The notes under the pieces: model-generated
Databases searched by the model: none
What the model was told of the DNA's origin: nothing
The model's input: only the letters and a program-made list of their open reading frames with translations
Shown: piece by piece, positions 1 to 13,528 of the stretch
How positions within the stretch are numbered: position 1 is the first letter of the stretch
Layout: each line of letters opens with the position of its first letter
Made by a program: the position numbers and the translations under genes
Sequence record: OR545507.1
DNA length: 64,000 nt
Reading direction: 5' to 3' (one strand)

Positions 1-668
1 TCAATACTATCTTCAAGTTTTACTAGCTTACCATCAACAACTGAACTTTGCAATACGTTTAGTGTTTTACGGAAATCAGGATAGGAAGCATTGATGTACT
101 TTTGAACTTGTTCAACACTATCATCACTACTCAAATCAACACCTTCTGCTAGAAGAATATTATAAATTCGAGTCATGAATTGTTCCATATCATGCTTTTC
201 GATTGTAATAACTTGAACACGAGAAATGATAGGTTTTTGAATTTTATGTGGTTCGTTACTTGTTAAAATAAAGCGAGCATTTTCATGATAGTCTTCCATT
301 ACACGTTTCAAACTACCTTGTGCTTTGTGGTTCATCTGCTCCATTTCTTCAAGAACAAAAATACGATATCTACCAAAACATGATAGCTTTGCTGCGGCAT
401 CGATTTTGTCACGAACAGCATCAATGCCTTCATCGGACATGTTAAGCGTGGTCACATCACTTGGATCAAGGTGTCCATTTTGAACTAGTCCATTAATTAG
501 TACTTTGATCGCAGATGTTTTACCAGTTCCTGCTGGGCCAAAAAACCCAATATGTGGAATGTCACCAGTCTTAATCCATTCTTCCATTTTCTGGCGTAGT
601 GCATCGTTTTTTGATACATAATCTTCCATTGATTGTGGGCGATATTTTTCAGTCCATAGTGTGGTCAT
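1..668 (-). CDS. gp44: Clamp loader AAA+ subunit (T4 gp44/RFC-like), runs off the left edge
   Basis: Not in ORF track; hand translation MTTLWTEKYRPQSMEDYV...GFFGPAGTGKTSA (Walker A)...FVLEEMEQM...SRVQ; WTEKYRP is the RFC signature. Confidence 0.92.
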   Translation of the reverse strand, partial: MTTLWTEKYRPQSMEDYVSKNDALRQKMEEWIKTGDIPHIGFFGPAGTGKTSAIKVLINGLVQNGHLDPSDVTTLNMSDEGIDAVRDKIDAAAKLSCFGRYRIFVLEEMEQMNHKAQGSLKRVMEDYHENARFILTSNEPHKIQKPIISRVQVITIEKHDMEQFMTRIYNILLAEGVDLSSDDSVEQVQKYINASYPDFRKTLNVLQSSVVDGKLVKLEDSI

Positions 669-691
669 TTGTATTTCCTTATGTGTACGTG

Positions 692-964
692 TTATAGAAT
701 CCAATCGGCTGAATTATATAATAAAGCCGTGAAAAGTTCTTCTGTCATTTCCAATTGATTTAATAAAAAATTAAAAGAATTTGCCTTATTTTTAATCCCA
801 GTACTTTCAGCTTGGGCTGATGCAACTAATAAAACTTTAAACATATCATGTGAAACTTCATATACATATTTGGTATTTTTTCTATCTTCAAACATGAATC
901 TTCCGTTTTTAGATACTAATGTTACATCCTTGAAACTAAATTTTCCATCATCAGTTATCATCAA
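692..964 (-). CDS. Hypothetical protein, 90 aa
   Basis: ORF in operon orientation; no motif recognised. Confidence 0.6.
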   Translation of the reverse strand: MMITDDGKFSFKDVTLVSKNGRFMFEDRKNTKYVYEVSHDMFKVLLVASAQAESTGIKNKANSFNFLLNQLEMTEELFTALLYNSADWIL

Positions 965-1017
965 AATCTGTCCAAATAAAAAGCCCAGATATTCATCCGA
1001 GCTTTAATTATATTTTA

Positions 1018-1344
1018 TTAACGACCAAAGGTTAGCATTTTAGTTCGTGGATCTTCATCTGAAACTAAACTAACTGCGGCTGGATAATCAACCAAGTTTA
1101 ATTCAATACCATCAACTTCAATAGTTCTTGACCATCGACCATGATCAATTAAAATCCATTGACCTTCTTTAATATCAGTAATGTCTTCGCCTACAGAATA
1201 AACTTTTGCCCAGCGAGAACGAATACCTCTAATTTTACCGTCATCGTTTGTTAAAACGATACCACCTGCTGTTTTGCGTTCACCATGTTCCAGTTCAGTT
1301 ACCAGTACTTTACCTTTACATGCAGTCATTACTTTATTAGTCAT
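1018..1344 (-). CDS. groES: GroES-like co-chaperonin (copy 1)
   Basis: GKVLVTELEHGERKTAGGIVL...AKVYSVG..IKEGQWIL matches the Cpn10 pattern. Confidence 0.85.
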   Translation of the reverse strand: MTNKVMTACKGKVLVTELEHGERKTAGGIVLTNDDGKIRGIRSRWAKVYSVGEDITDIKEGQWILIDHGRWSRTIEVDGIELNLVDYPAAVSLVSDEDPRTKMLTFGR

Positions 1345-1352
1345 TTAATATA

Positions 1353-1697
1353 TTACTCCTGATCTTTGGTTCTAGCTCGACGTGGTGCTTTCTTCTCTTC
1401 AGAAACCTCAGCTTCTTGTTCTTCGGGCTTAACTTCAAAACTCTCATCATCCCATACTTCATCCGTACCATGTTCAGTACTATGAAGTTGATGTTCAGGG
1501 ATATAATCAGGAATTTGCATTTCTCGTTCTTTTTCTTGAATCAACTCTTCACGAGTTTTAATAATTGTTCCACCTGAACCGATTTTATCACCACGTGCGT
1601 TTAAATTAGCATTACCTAATGCTACCTGATGTTGATTTTGGTACTTGAGCATATCCATGTCAATTGTTGTACCACGATAAGTTGTATGTTTAGACAT
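1353..1697 (-). CDS. Conserved-type phage hypothetical protein
   Basis: 114-aa ORF with acidic C-terminus. Confidence 0.65.
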   Translation of the reverse strand: MSKHTTYRGTTIDMDMLKYQNQHQVALGNANLNARGDKIGSGGTIIKTREELIQEKEREMQIPDYIPEHQLHSTEHGTDEVWDDESFEVKPEEQEAEVSEEKKAPRRARTKDQE

Positions 1698-1742
1698 ATC
1701 AAAATCCTTTTATTGTATGTGTGATATAAGCCTACAATAAAC

Positions 1743-1753
1743 ATTATATCACA
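1743..1753 (-). promoter_or_regulatory. Extended -10 element TGTGATATAAT
   Basis: Near-consensus TGn-TATAAT upstream of the 1697 gene; no clear -35. Confidence 0.5.
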
Positions 1754-1760
1754 TGTTTTT

Positions 1761-2279
1761 CTACCATTTCAAAAATTCGTTAACATCAAGTTCATACTTC
1801 AATGAATCTACCATATGTAGTCCAATCAAAAACAAACAGTATGATGCAACAGAGCTTCCACGACCTAGACCCCAAAAGATCTCATTTTCTTCCATATAAT
1901 CAACAAGCCATATCATACATCTTAGTAGCTTTGTCATATTATAATATTCATATAAATCAAGTTCATACTCAACACGTTTTCGTGCTTCATCGGATGTGCA
2001 TTTTTGTAAGAAAAAGTCACGCAGATTTATATTGTCGTATACTGGATCATATCGCCACAGTTCATGATTTTTATCATGCTCAATTGTATAATCCAGCATA
2101 CGTTGTTCTAAGCCAAATTTTTTACAGTTATCATTGAATTTCAACCTTTCAGGTTCATCAATTTCCTGCAATTGTAAGTACTGGATATCTGCACCGCAAT
2201 TGATTGCATAAACAACTGCGTTAAGATTACATTTCACATCACCATTGGGACTTATAAATCTGTTTCCTTGTACTTTCAT
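1761..2279 (-). CDS. DnaE (Pol III alpha)-like N-terminal palm fragment
   Basis: RVEYELDLY...WGLGRGSSVASYCLFLIGLHMVDSLKYELDVNEFL resembles DnaE GPGRGSAAGSLVAYALGITxxDPLxxxLLFERFL. Confidence 0.85.
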   Translation of the reverse strand: MKVQGNRFISPNGDVKCNLNAVVYAINCGADIQYLQLQEIDEPERLKFNDNCKKFGLEQRMLDYTIEHDKNHELWRYDPVYDNINLRDFFLQKCTSDEARKRVEYELDLYEYYNMTKLLRCMIWLVDYMEENEIFWGLGRGSSVASYCLFLIGLHMVDSLKYELDVNEFLKW

Positions 2280-2550
2280 TTTTCTTCTTCTGGGCCTCTT
2301 CGTTGTCAGTTAGATATGAATCCATATCGAAGATACATGGATCTTCTTCGTCATAAACAGTTTTTTCTTTTTGTCCTTGGCGAAGTTCTAGTTCAGCATA
2401 ACATTGATTTAAGACAGTTTGCATATTACCAATAATCATGTCGCTTAGGCCAGCAGCACGAGCAGAAGTTAAACGCATTGACTGTTCATTAATTTTTAAC
2501 TGTAGTTCTTTTTCCGTCATTCCAGACGGGTCAAAAAACGGATTAAACAT
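2239..2550 (-). CDS. Hypothetical protein, 103 aa
   Basis: ORF; overlaps the downstream gene by 41 nt. Confidence 0.6.
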   Translation of the reverse strand: MFNPFFDPSGMTEKELQLKINEQSMRLTSARAAGLSDMIIGNMQTVLNQCYAELELRQGQKEKTVYDEEDPCIFDMDSYLTDNEEAQKKKNESTRKQIYKSQW

Positions 2551-2551
2551 A

Positions 2552-4945
2552 TTAACCTCCTATGTTATTGTTTTGCAATGTAATCAAAAATGTATCTGAA
2601 ACATAATTCACTGATTCATGCGAAAAGTATCCGAATTCAACCGATGTGATTTCGAACTCTACACCTACCATTGTACCATGTTCATTGTTCTGAAGTAAAG
2701 TGTTGAAAAATGCTTCACCTTTGCCTGGTTGACAATATGCAACTGGAATGATAGGCATGAATTTTTTCTGTATACCATCTTCAATGTATGGGTGATTCAT
2801 AAATCTTGGGACCGTATCAAGCATTTCATCACTGATACTTGGTATCGCATCAACGTATAGACCACGATTTTGTAAATCGGTTGGGTCTTTTACTAAGTTG
2901 GTTGTGTCTTCACCAATAGCCTGAAAAATATTTTGTCGTAAACCAAATAATTCACCAAGCTGACCGTTGTCGATTTGAGTATATTGACGTGGATTTTTGG
3001 ATACAGATACTAAAGAACCTTCAGGTAAAACCTCTCTATATAATAGATCATATTGTAAGTTACCTTGATTGTCAAGTGCTGATATTATTTTATAATTACC
3101 CATTACCATTTTAAATTTTCCATTTGGAATAGTAGTTCCATTTGGGTTAATTATACTATTTCTCAATACTTTCTTGATATCAGAAAGGTTAGTATATGGA
3201 TACGTTTGACTTAGGAAGTTTTCTTTCAATAACATCTTCGGTATTTTCTGAAGACCATATCTATTGTCAGATTGTCGGAAAAATAGTTGATTAGTGAATG
3301 ATGAAGTACTTATACATTTAAACCATTCTCTCTCAAATGCAACCGAAGGTAATACATGTGCACTCAAATAATTCTGTCCGAATCCTCTTACAATCTTAAG
3401 GTTAAATATTTTTCTTGCTTCACCACCTTCAGTACTAAATGCTTTAACATAAAACGATAATTTAATATCATCATTTTCACTAAAATCAATACTTTTGGCA
3501 TATGCAGTTCCTACAAGATATCCATCTGGTGTCAAATCTATCCCATACTTTCTAATGTCATCACCACCATCTAAAACATACGAAACTTGATTAGAGCTAT
3601 CAGTTTCAATTTTAGGATATATACTGTCTCCAAAATATTCACCAACATGTATGGTTCCTAAATCACTATCAGTAATAAAGTTTATATTATTACCTTCTTC
3701 TGCGTTTATCAAAACCCTGAACATTTTTTGCATACCAATGATATTATCACCAAGAGTAGAGTCATAATATCCTAAATCAATCCAATCACTACTATCATAA
3801 ACGGGCTTAATTGTTCCATTATCGTATTCACCACTAATTACGTATGGATACACAACATTATCTTTTAATTGATATAAATGATTGGGTAGTGGTTTTTCTG
3901 AAATAGAATATATAGTATCTATGTCTTCAGGACAAACCCACATTTGATATGCTTTATATCGTTGATTGATAGCAAACCTTTCACTTTCTTCGGTGTATGT
4001 ACTTAATATATCAACAATCTCAACTTTAAAATATGCATCACAAGCATCTGAGTCATATAAAAATGTTTGCAATAATTGCCCATTTGGGTTGAACACCATT
4101 CCAGTGTCAATTAAATTACCATTTCTATTTTGAATATTAACTTTTACTTCTTTGTTTATACCAGAAATAGGCCATGTTGATTGTGCTGGCTTGAATACTG
4201 CGAAATCATTCGTAATATGTTTATCTGGAACTTCAGAAATATCCATGTCAATCAAACGATATGCTGGAAAAAAGACACGAGGTGTAATATCAGTAGTCAT
4301 GTCAGTACCCAAAATGAAAGGTCGTCTTCTTCCAAATCCTTGAACGAACAATGTACTGTTGGAGCCATACTCAACATCACCAATACAATAAAGCTTTTTG
4401 TCATCACCAATCTCAACTCCGGGTGTAACCCAAACTTCTTGACTATCATATGTTATTGATGTATCAGTTAATCCTAGAACACCACTTGGTGAAATATTTC
4501 CAAAATACATAACATTTACTGCTTGTAAATAAAAATTTATAATTTCTGTATTATTATAGGTTCCATCATTTTTACAATGAATTTTTATAAAATAAACATC
4601 TTCACTATTAGTACTTGCAGATAAGTTAAATTCATTTTTGCTGATTTTACACTTATGCTTACCATTTACTAATTTATTACCAGTTGTACCATCTGAAATA
4701 GGAACAAAAGTATTTTCGTCATTACCAACATAAAAAGTATAATGTGGTTCTGGATCAAATACAGCACCTGAACTATCCAAGCATTGTATGTTAAGAATCA
4801 TTTCTAAGTATTCATCTTCATTTAATACATAGCTATCATCCGTTGTGCTTTCTTTATTGATACTCAAACGCACAAGAATGTCTTGTCCTTCTTGTATATA
4901 TCGAGCATCGGCTTTTATATCCCATCGTGGGGTAAAAGTTGTCAT
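2552..4945 (-). CDS. Large virion structural protein (possibly baseplate wedge)
   Basis: ~800 aa, beta-rich composition; TATAAATA late promoter at 4984-4991; start refined to MTTFTP. Confidence 0.5.
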   Translation of the reverse strand: MTTFTPRWDIKADARYIQEGQDILVRLSINKESTTDDSYVLNEDEYLEMILNIQCLDSSGAVFDPEPHYTFYVGNDENTFVPISDGTTGNKLVNGKHKCKISKNEFNLSASTNSEDVYFIKIHCKNDGTYNNTEIINFYLQAVNVMYFGNISPSGVLGLTDTSITYDSQEVWVTPGVEIGDDKKLYCIGDVEYGSNSTLFVQGFGRRRPFILGTDMTTDITPRVFFPAYRLIDMDISEVPDKHITNDFAVFKPAQSTWPISGINKEVKVNIQNRNGNLIDTGMVFNPNGQLLQTFLYDSDACDAYFKVEIVDILSTYTEESERFAINQRYKAYQMWVCPEDIDTIYSISEKPLPNHLYQLKDNVVYPYVISGEYDNGTIKPVYDSSDWIDLGYYDSTLGDNIIGMQKMFRVLINAEEGNNINFITDSDLGTIHVGEYFGDSIYPKIETDSSNQVSYVLDGGDDIRKYGIDLTPDGYLVGTAYAKSIDFSENDDIKLSFYVKAFSTEGGEARKIFNLKIVRGFGQNYLSAHVLPSVAFEREWFKCISTSSFTNQLFFRQSDNRYGLQKIPKMLLKENFLSQTYPYTNLSDIKKVLRNSIINPNGTTIPNGKFKMVMGNYKIISALDNQGNLQYDLLYREVLPEGSLVSVSKNPRQYTQIDNGQLGELFGLRQNIFQAIGEDTTNLVKDPTDLQNRGLYVDAIPSISDEMLDTVPRFMNHPYIEDGIQKKFMPIIPVAYCQPGKGEAFFNTLLQNNEHGTMVGVEFEITSVEFGYFSHESVNYVSDTFLITLQNNNIGG

Positions 4946-4983
4946 TATAATTCTCCATAGCCAAGCTGCCATTATCTATAGAT

Positions 4984-4991
4984 TATTTATA
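4984..4991 (-). promoter_or_regulatory. T4-type late promoter TATAAATA
   Basis: Exact T4 gp55 consensus upstream of a structural-type gene. Confidence 0.7.
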
Positions 4992-5032
4992 TAAAGGACA
5001 AGGAAGACCCATAAGGTCTTCCATTAAATATA

Positions 5033-6445
5033 TCAATTGTCTGATTTAGGAGTAAAGTCAATCTTTCTTAGTTCTTTTAGTTCAGATTTATAAATGTCCC
5101 AAATTAAGTCATGATTAGATAACAGTTCATTGTACTTATCCATCAAATCAAGATTATCTTGAATATCTTGTAGTACTGATTGATAATTATCTTGCGTCCA
5201 GCGATATGAAGGGAAGTTTACAATGCTTTGAATATTCTCTTCCGTTGCTTCAATTTCGGTATTTAACGATTTAACGAATTCAACCATTTCAGCACGGTTT
5301 GCAAATCCTTTTACCTTAGCAATCATATCATTATCGAAACATTCTTTAATTAGAATTTTATAACGAACTTCAGCAGCACAATCATCAAGTTTCTTTTCAT
5401 AACGCTTGATGTAATATTTGAAACGGAAATCAACGAAGTCTTTAATCAAATCCATCGTAGTATCGTAAACTTTCACTTTGCCATTTTCACCTAGAACAGT
5501 TAAATGTTGAGTCATTTTTTTGTTAATGCCAAAATACTCAATAACATCCATCTCTGTCCATTTAGCTGACGTTCCACGTGGAAGTTTAATGGTAATATCA
5601 ATTACATCAGTACTATCATTGTCATAATCACGAATCTCACCATCATCACTCATTTTGATTAGTTTTTCGATGAATTTCTCAATACTGTAATTAGGTGGTA
5701 AGCCTGTTACTTTAACAGTGCTTGCATCAATAACCTCAGCTTTACCATAGAATTCATACTTATTTTCATCAAGCTTAGTCACAACATCACTTGCACCACA
5801 TGAAACATAATATGGGGTCATTTCTTTTAGTGGTTTTTTATCAATAGCACGAATGCAATTATCAATAATATCTTCAATTTTATGTGGTAGAATTGTACTC
5901 TTATAACCAACTGACATACTATCATTACCAAACAATGATAATGGAATAATAGGCAAGAAATGAACAGGTTCATATGTTGTCCCGTCATAGTTCTCTTTCA
6001 TTGGTATAATATCAGCATCACGCAAAACAAGCATCTCAGTACTCTTATTCTTTTTAACATAAGTGTAACGAGCAGATGCTGGCGTACTGTTTACTTGTGT
6101 ACCAAAACCACCACGTTTTCCAATAAGAGGATAGTTGTTAGCTACTGGAGATGCTAGATTTTGAAGTGTTCCTGATGCTGACGTGTCCCCATGAAGATAG
6201 ATACCATCACTAATCATTTTTCCAGCACATGATACTGTTTTAATTTCCCCACTAATTTTAGATAATGTGAAGATTGCTTTACGTTGTGAACTCTTTAGAC
6301 CATCAATTCCAGGAATAGCACGGTCTAGTGTATACATCGAATATTCTAGTGATGTTGTATTCACATAATCAGAACTGTTATAATCTAGTAGAGTTAGTGT
6401 TTGGTTATCGATATTATTATTTTCTGTTTTTTTACTTTTAGCCAT
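5033..6445 (-). CDS. gp52: DNA topoisomerase II, GyrA/ParC-like subunit
   Basis: DRAIPGIDGLKSSQRK, YLHGDTS, PASARYTY (catalytic Tyr), ENYDGTTYEP. Confidence 0.95.
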   Translation of the reverse strand: MAKSKKTENNNIDNQTLTLLDYNSSDYVNTTSLEYSMYTLDRAIPGIDGLKSSQRKAIFTLSKISGEIKTVSCAGKMISDGIYLHGDTSASGTLQNLASPVANNYPLIGKRGGFGTQVNSTPASARYTYVKKNKSTEMLVLRDADIIPMKENYDGTTYEPVHFLPIIPLSLFGNDSMSVGYKSTILPHKIEDIIDNCIRAIDKKPLKEMTPYYVSCGASDVVTKLDENKYEFYGKAEVIDASTVKVTGLPPNYSIEKFIEKLIKMSDDGEIRDYDNDSTDVIDITIKLPRGTSAKWTEMDVIEYFGINKKMTQHLTVLGENGKVKVYDTTMDLIKDFVDFRFKYYIKRYEKKLDDCAAEVRYKILIKECFDNDMIAKVKGFANRAEMVEFVKSLNTEIEATEENIQSIVNFPSYRWTQDNYQSVLQDIQDNLDLMDKYNELLSNHDLIWDIYKSELKELRKIDFTPKSDN

Positions 6446-6461
6446 TCCATTGTCTCTTGGT

Positions 6462-6485
6462 AAAAGGGGAACACCATGTTCCCCA
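6462..6485 (-). terminator. Rho-independent terminator
   Basis: GGGGAACA-ccat-GTTCCCC-like stem with U tract on minus. Confidence 0.6.
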
Positions 6486-6495
6486 TTAGTCTATA

Positions 6496-8460
6496 TTATT
6501 CCATCCAGTTCTTACGATCATCTGCACGTTTCTTGTTGAAAATCAAATCAAGAGTTTCTCCAAGACGTCCATCATCGGTGATCGCTACTGCAACACTATT
6601 AGTGAATGCATCACGGAAGTTTGCTTTTTCTAAAGTTCCTAAACCTTTTGCACGCGTTGCTTTCCAGCCTTTCCAATCATCTGGGTTATATTCATGCACA
6701 TTATGACCATAGTAGTATTTTGATTCTTTACCTTTCTCAAGAATGATAAATGGTGTTTTGAATACATACACAAATGGATTTTCTGGGTCTTGAAACAATT
6801 CAGGCCAGAATTTAAATAAGAAGTTACACACTAGAGCACCAATGTTCTTCCCATCTTCATCTTCATCAGCACAGATGTAAAGCTTACCATAGTTTAGTTC
6901 AGAACGTTCTGCTTTAACACCTGGAACTAAGTTGATACTAGCCATTATATCATGTAAAGCCATTGAATCCATTAATTCTTTGGTTTTCTCAGTACCACTG
7001 ACGTTCATAATTTTCCCACGCAATGGTAGAATACCATGAATACTTGGTATACGAGCACTAGCCATGTTGGAAATTGCAGAGTCACCTTCTGCAATCAATA
7101 GAATACACTGTGAACGGTCTGTTCCAGTACTATCCAATAGTTTTGCAACTTTACCTTTTAGAAGTTTCTTTGCTAGGCGACGATCTTCTTCTGCATCTTT
7201 CTTATTTGTACGGGCAGCACAACGTTCGAAGATTTCATCAACCCATTCTTTGTTCTTCTTAACTAATTCATCAAACCATTCGGTACTCATAGCTTGTTGA
7301 ATTGGACGGATTACGTTTTCATTAGTTAGTTTAGATTTAATCTGTGAGTTGAATGAAGGTGCTTTCATAGTTGTGACATTATAAATCAACAAACCTTCTT
7401 CAATATCAGAACGATTAGGTTTCATCCTACGTTTCTTAGATTCTTTCTCTAGTGCAGTTCCTACACCGAGTGAGAAGAATTTCTTGAATGTATCAAGATG
7501 TGTACCACCATCAAATGCAGGAGCATTGTTAACCAACCCATGCATATGGAAATTCGTGTTCATGCCAGCTACTGCATTAGGAACAATATAAAAAGTACTG
7601 TTAAAATTGAATGAATCATCTTTAACATTCAACTGCATTAATTTAGATGCATTGAAGAGTGCTTTTTCAGTGTTTCCTTTAATAGCAATACGTTTCCCGT
7701 TCAGAAAGATTTTATAAGTTGGGTTAGCTGCTGCCATTTCTTTAAGAATACTATAAAGTAATTCGGTTGGTAGTTTTCTGTTTGGAAAAACTTCTTTACT
7801 CAAAGTAAAACGAATTGTTGTTCCAGTTTTATCGGTTTGTACCTTTCTAATAGTAGGTTCGTGTACATGAAGCTCAGGGAACATAATAGTTCCTTCCTCA
7901 AACTTCTGATTGAACTTATAAAACCCATCATAACCATCATTACTACTTTGTGTTTTATACGGACGACCTTGGCGATGAATTTCTAACTCTGCCTTAGAAC
8001 TGACAATCATTGCAACAGAACCACCTAAACCATTCTGACCAATCGTTTCATCACGTTTTGAATCGTCAAAGTTACGGCCTGTTTTTGTTTCAGTCATTAC
8101 CATAGTACACAAGTTTTTCTGATACTCTGGAACATAATCAATTGGAATACCACGTCCATTGTCACTAATTTCAAATGATAGTTCTTCTTCATTGAAATCA
8201 ACTTTCAAAACAGGTTCTTTGGTTCCAGCTTTTTTAAATTCATCTAAGCTGTTATCAATAATTTCACGTGTAGCAGTAAGAATTGCAGGAACCCATTCTA
8301 CGTTCTTAACCTCATAACCTGATTCGCCAAAAATCAGTACTTGACTTTCATGCACTGAACGAGAACCAAGATACATCTCGGTACGCAAACGAGCATGTTG
8401 ATAATCATTTAGTCGTTGAACATCATGTTCCTGTAGAACAGCACTTTCTTTCTTAGCCAT
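6496..8460 (-). CDS. gp39: DNA topoisomerase II, GyrB/ParE-like subunit (gp39+gp60 fused)
   Basis: EIIDNSLDE, DNGRGIP, GQNGLGG (GHKL ATPase); EGDSA, PLRGK, DEDEDG (TOPRIM); KGLG. Confidence 0.95.
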   Translation of the reverse strand: MAKKESAVLQEHDVQRLNDYQHARLRTEMYLGSRSVHESQVLIFGESGYEVKNVEWVPAILTATREIIDNSLDEFKKAGTKEPVLKVDFNEEELSFEISDNGRGIPIDYVPEYQKNLCTMVMTETKTGRNFDDSKRDETIGQNGLGGSVAMIVSSKAELEIHRQGRPYKTQSSNDGYDGFYKFNQKFEEGTIMFPELHVHEPTIRKVQTDKTGTTIRFTLSKEVFPNRKLPTELLYSILKEMAAANPTYKIFLNGKRIAIKGNTEKALFNASKLMQLNVKDDSFNFNSTFYIVPNAVAGMNTNFHMHGLVNNAPAFDGGTHLDTFKKFFSLGVGTALEKESKKRRMKPNRSDIEEGLLIYNVTTMKAPSFNSQIKSKLTNENVIRPIQQAMSTEWFDELVKKNKEWVDEIFERCAARTNKKDAEEDRRLAKKLLKGKVAKLLDSTGTDRSQCILLIAEGDSAISNMASARIPSIHGILPLRGKIMNVSGTEKTKELMDSMALHDIMASINLVPGVKAERSELNYGKLYICADEDEDGKNIGALVCNFLFKFWPELFQDPENPFVYVFKTPFIILEKGKESKYYYGHNVHEYNPDDWKGWKATRAKGLGTLEKANFRDAFTNSVAVAITDDGRLGETLDLIFNKKRADDRKNWME

Positions 8461-8494
8461 TTGAATTCCTTATCATGTCTCTTTGTCATAAAAC

Positions 8495-8522
8495 ATTGTA
8501 TCACCAATGTTTTGTTTGTCTC
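8495..8522 (-). promoter_or_regulatory. Phage promoter class GAGACA-N16-TACAAT
   Basis: Same spacing and sequence as eight other sites in the window. Confidence 0.65.
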
Positions 8523-8559
8523 AAAAAAAAATATCGGAACAATTTGTCCCGATATATTA

Positions 8560-9350
8560 TTATTTTACTAACATAAGTTGAAGTTCGGCACTTGGACTTG
8601 ATTCATCATCACTCCAGTACTTATGAACCTTATCTGGACTCGCCTTTGCAAGTACTTCACCACCACCAACAATATAAACTTGATGGGAACCAATTAAACG
8701 GGTCCAGAATTTAATTGCATCATCAGTATGCAGACTATCACTCAGAACTTTAATACCATGTGATATCATATCCATAAAAATATTATAAATTATACCTTTA
8801 GTTCCAGTTTTAGATGCAGTTGCGGCAATTTCAAAAACGTTTTGAACACCAAGTACTGCATCATTGGATAAATGCCCACTAACTATAGCAAGCTGTTTAC
8901 CAGACTTATCGTAAGCGATAAATCCAGTACCGTTTTTGTTCATATATACATCATAGTCTTTATGTTCTGCGAACTTAACCATGTTGTGCTTACCTGTCAT
9001 TTCGGCAGTTTTATCGACAAACTCGTCTCGGTCTTGACCTTGAAAACTATCGAAACGTTGTGGCATTTCATCCAACTTATCTTTGTCGTCTTCACATGAA
9101 TCCATTATATCACAAGTTCTGTCGTCTGTATCAGCTAATTCTGCATCTTGTACAATATCGACTAAACTACGCATACTTGCTTCTTTTACTTTATTAGGAA
9201 GTTTAGAACTTTTTTTAAGATTTCCTTCCTTTTCATCAGCGGCATTCCATTCTTTAGCAGCACTTTGCGAAATTCCAGCTTTCTTTGCAAATTCTGGATT
9301 GTGTGCGGCGGCTGCGAAGAATTTAGCCTGACTTTTACTCTTACTTGGCA

Positions 9351-9351
<1 letters not shown>
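8560..9351 (-). CDS. Putative capsid-packaged protein with a possible C-terminal GNAT-like domain
   Basis: N-terminal MPSKSKSQAKFFAAAAHNPEFAKK module, VKEA/LDEM candidate cleavage sites, C-terminal VLSDSLHTDDAIKFWTRL. Confidence 0.45.
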
Positions 9352-11517
<2,166 letters not shown>

Positions 11518-11528
11518 AAGTCTATATT

Positions 11529-12591
<1,063 letters not shown>

Positions 12592-12635
12592 GTAATAAAA
12601 GCTCCAATATGATTTTAATGTTTTGTTCGATAGTA

Positions 12636-12664
12636 ATTATAGGATAGAACATTAGTTCTGTCAA
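12636..12664 (-). promoter_or_regulatory. Consensus sigma70 promoter TTGACA-N17-TATAAT
   Basis: Perfect consensus directly upstream of infC. Confidence 0.85.
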
Positions 12665-12855
12665 GCACTATCATTGTGTTTTTTAATTGCTTCACAGATT
12701 GCTTGAACTTGAACAAGATAAGTTTTTGCAAATTCTGCTTGGGTTCGCACACGGGGGTTCGGTGCGTCTTTGATCATAAGTTCTAGGTCATAAACTACCT
12801 TATCAAAAACTCCCTTGTCTTCAATAATACGATCATAAAATGTTTTGTCAGTCAT
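12661..12855 (-). CDS. Hypothetical protein, 64 aa
   Basis: ORF with GGAG SD. Confidence 0.6.
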   Translation of the reverse strand: MTDKTFYDRIIEDKGVFDKVVYDLELMIKDAPNPRVRTQAEFAKTYLVQVQAICEAIKKHNDSA

Positions 12856-12878
12856 GTCAAGAACTCCATGTTATAAAA

Positions 12879-13445
12879 TTATAATTTAACGTAAGATACT
12901 ACAGATGCATCAGAAACAGAAGGAACATTAAGATACACGTTCTCATACTCAATAAAATCAACAGTACTCGTAGTAAGAGCATTCTTGATACGTTGTATGG
13001 TTTTTTGTACAGTAATTTCTTCATTTTCTAGTGCATTAGTGCCATTACCTTTCAATGAATCATTGATTAGTGTTTGGATAATCTCAGCAGCTTTTGCTGT
13101 TTTCATATCTTCAGTAGTTAGTGCTGCTTGTTCTGCAACACTCAAAGTACTAAGAAAAGGTTGATAACTAATATATCCAACGGTGATTGTTGCACCAGTT
13201 GGAATCGTTTTTGCAGTTCCTGGTGTAGCAAATTCAACATTGCTATAAACTGGTACTGAATAAGTTGAAAGCAAACGAGAAAGTTGTAGGTAACGCAAAA
13301 GTGCAATTGACTTATCAATAGTTTGCTGGTCAGTCGGTGCGGTTGTTGGGGAAGATGAATCATAATCACCATACATATAATATGGGATATTATCTAGGTT
13401 CGTCCCTGCAACTTCAATTTTAAATACTTGTAGTAAATTGTTCAT
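12879..13445 (-). CDS. Hypothetical late (probably structural) protein
   Basis: AATAAATA at 13482-13489; GGAGAAG SD; start refined to MNNLLQ. Confidence 0.55.
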   Translation of the reverse strand: MNNLLQVFKIEVAGTNLDNIPYYMYGDYDSSSPTTAPTDQQTIDKSIALLRYLQLSRLLSTYSVPVYSNVEFATPGTAKTIPTGATITVGYISYQPFLSTLSVAEQAALTTEDMKTAKAAEIIQTLINDSLKGNGTNALENEEITVQKTIQRIKNALTTSTVDFIEYENVYLNVPSVSDASVVSYVKL

Positions 13446-13528
13446 TGTATATTCTTCTCCATAATACAAAACACTTTTGATTATTTATTATTAAAAATCA
13501 AAAATATTTACGTATAACATTTAGTCTT

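Noticed and set aside
1761-2279. Split intein joining the two DnaE-like halves
   Set aside because: No Cys/Ser-start or His-Asn-end intein blocks in either half, and no spare sequence to hold them.
2239-2279. 41-nt gene overlap as a possible frameshift fusion
   Set aside because: Both ORFs have their own plausible start and stop and no slippery motif was evident.
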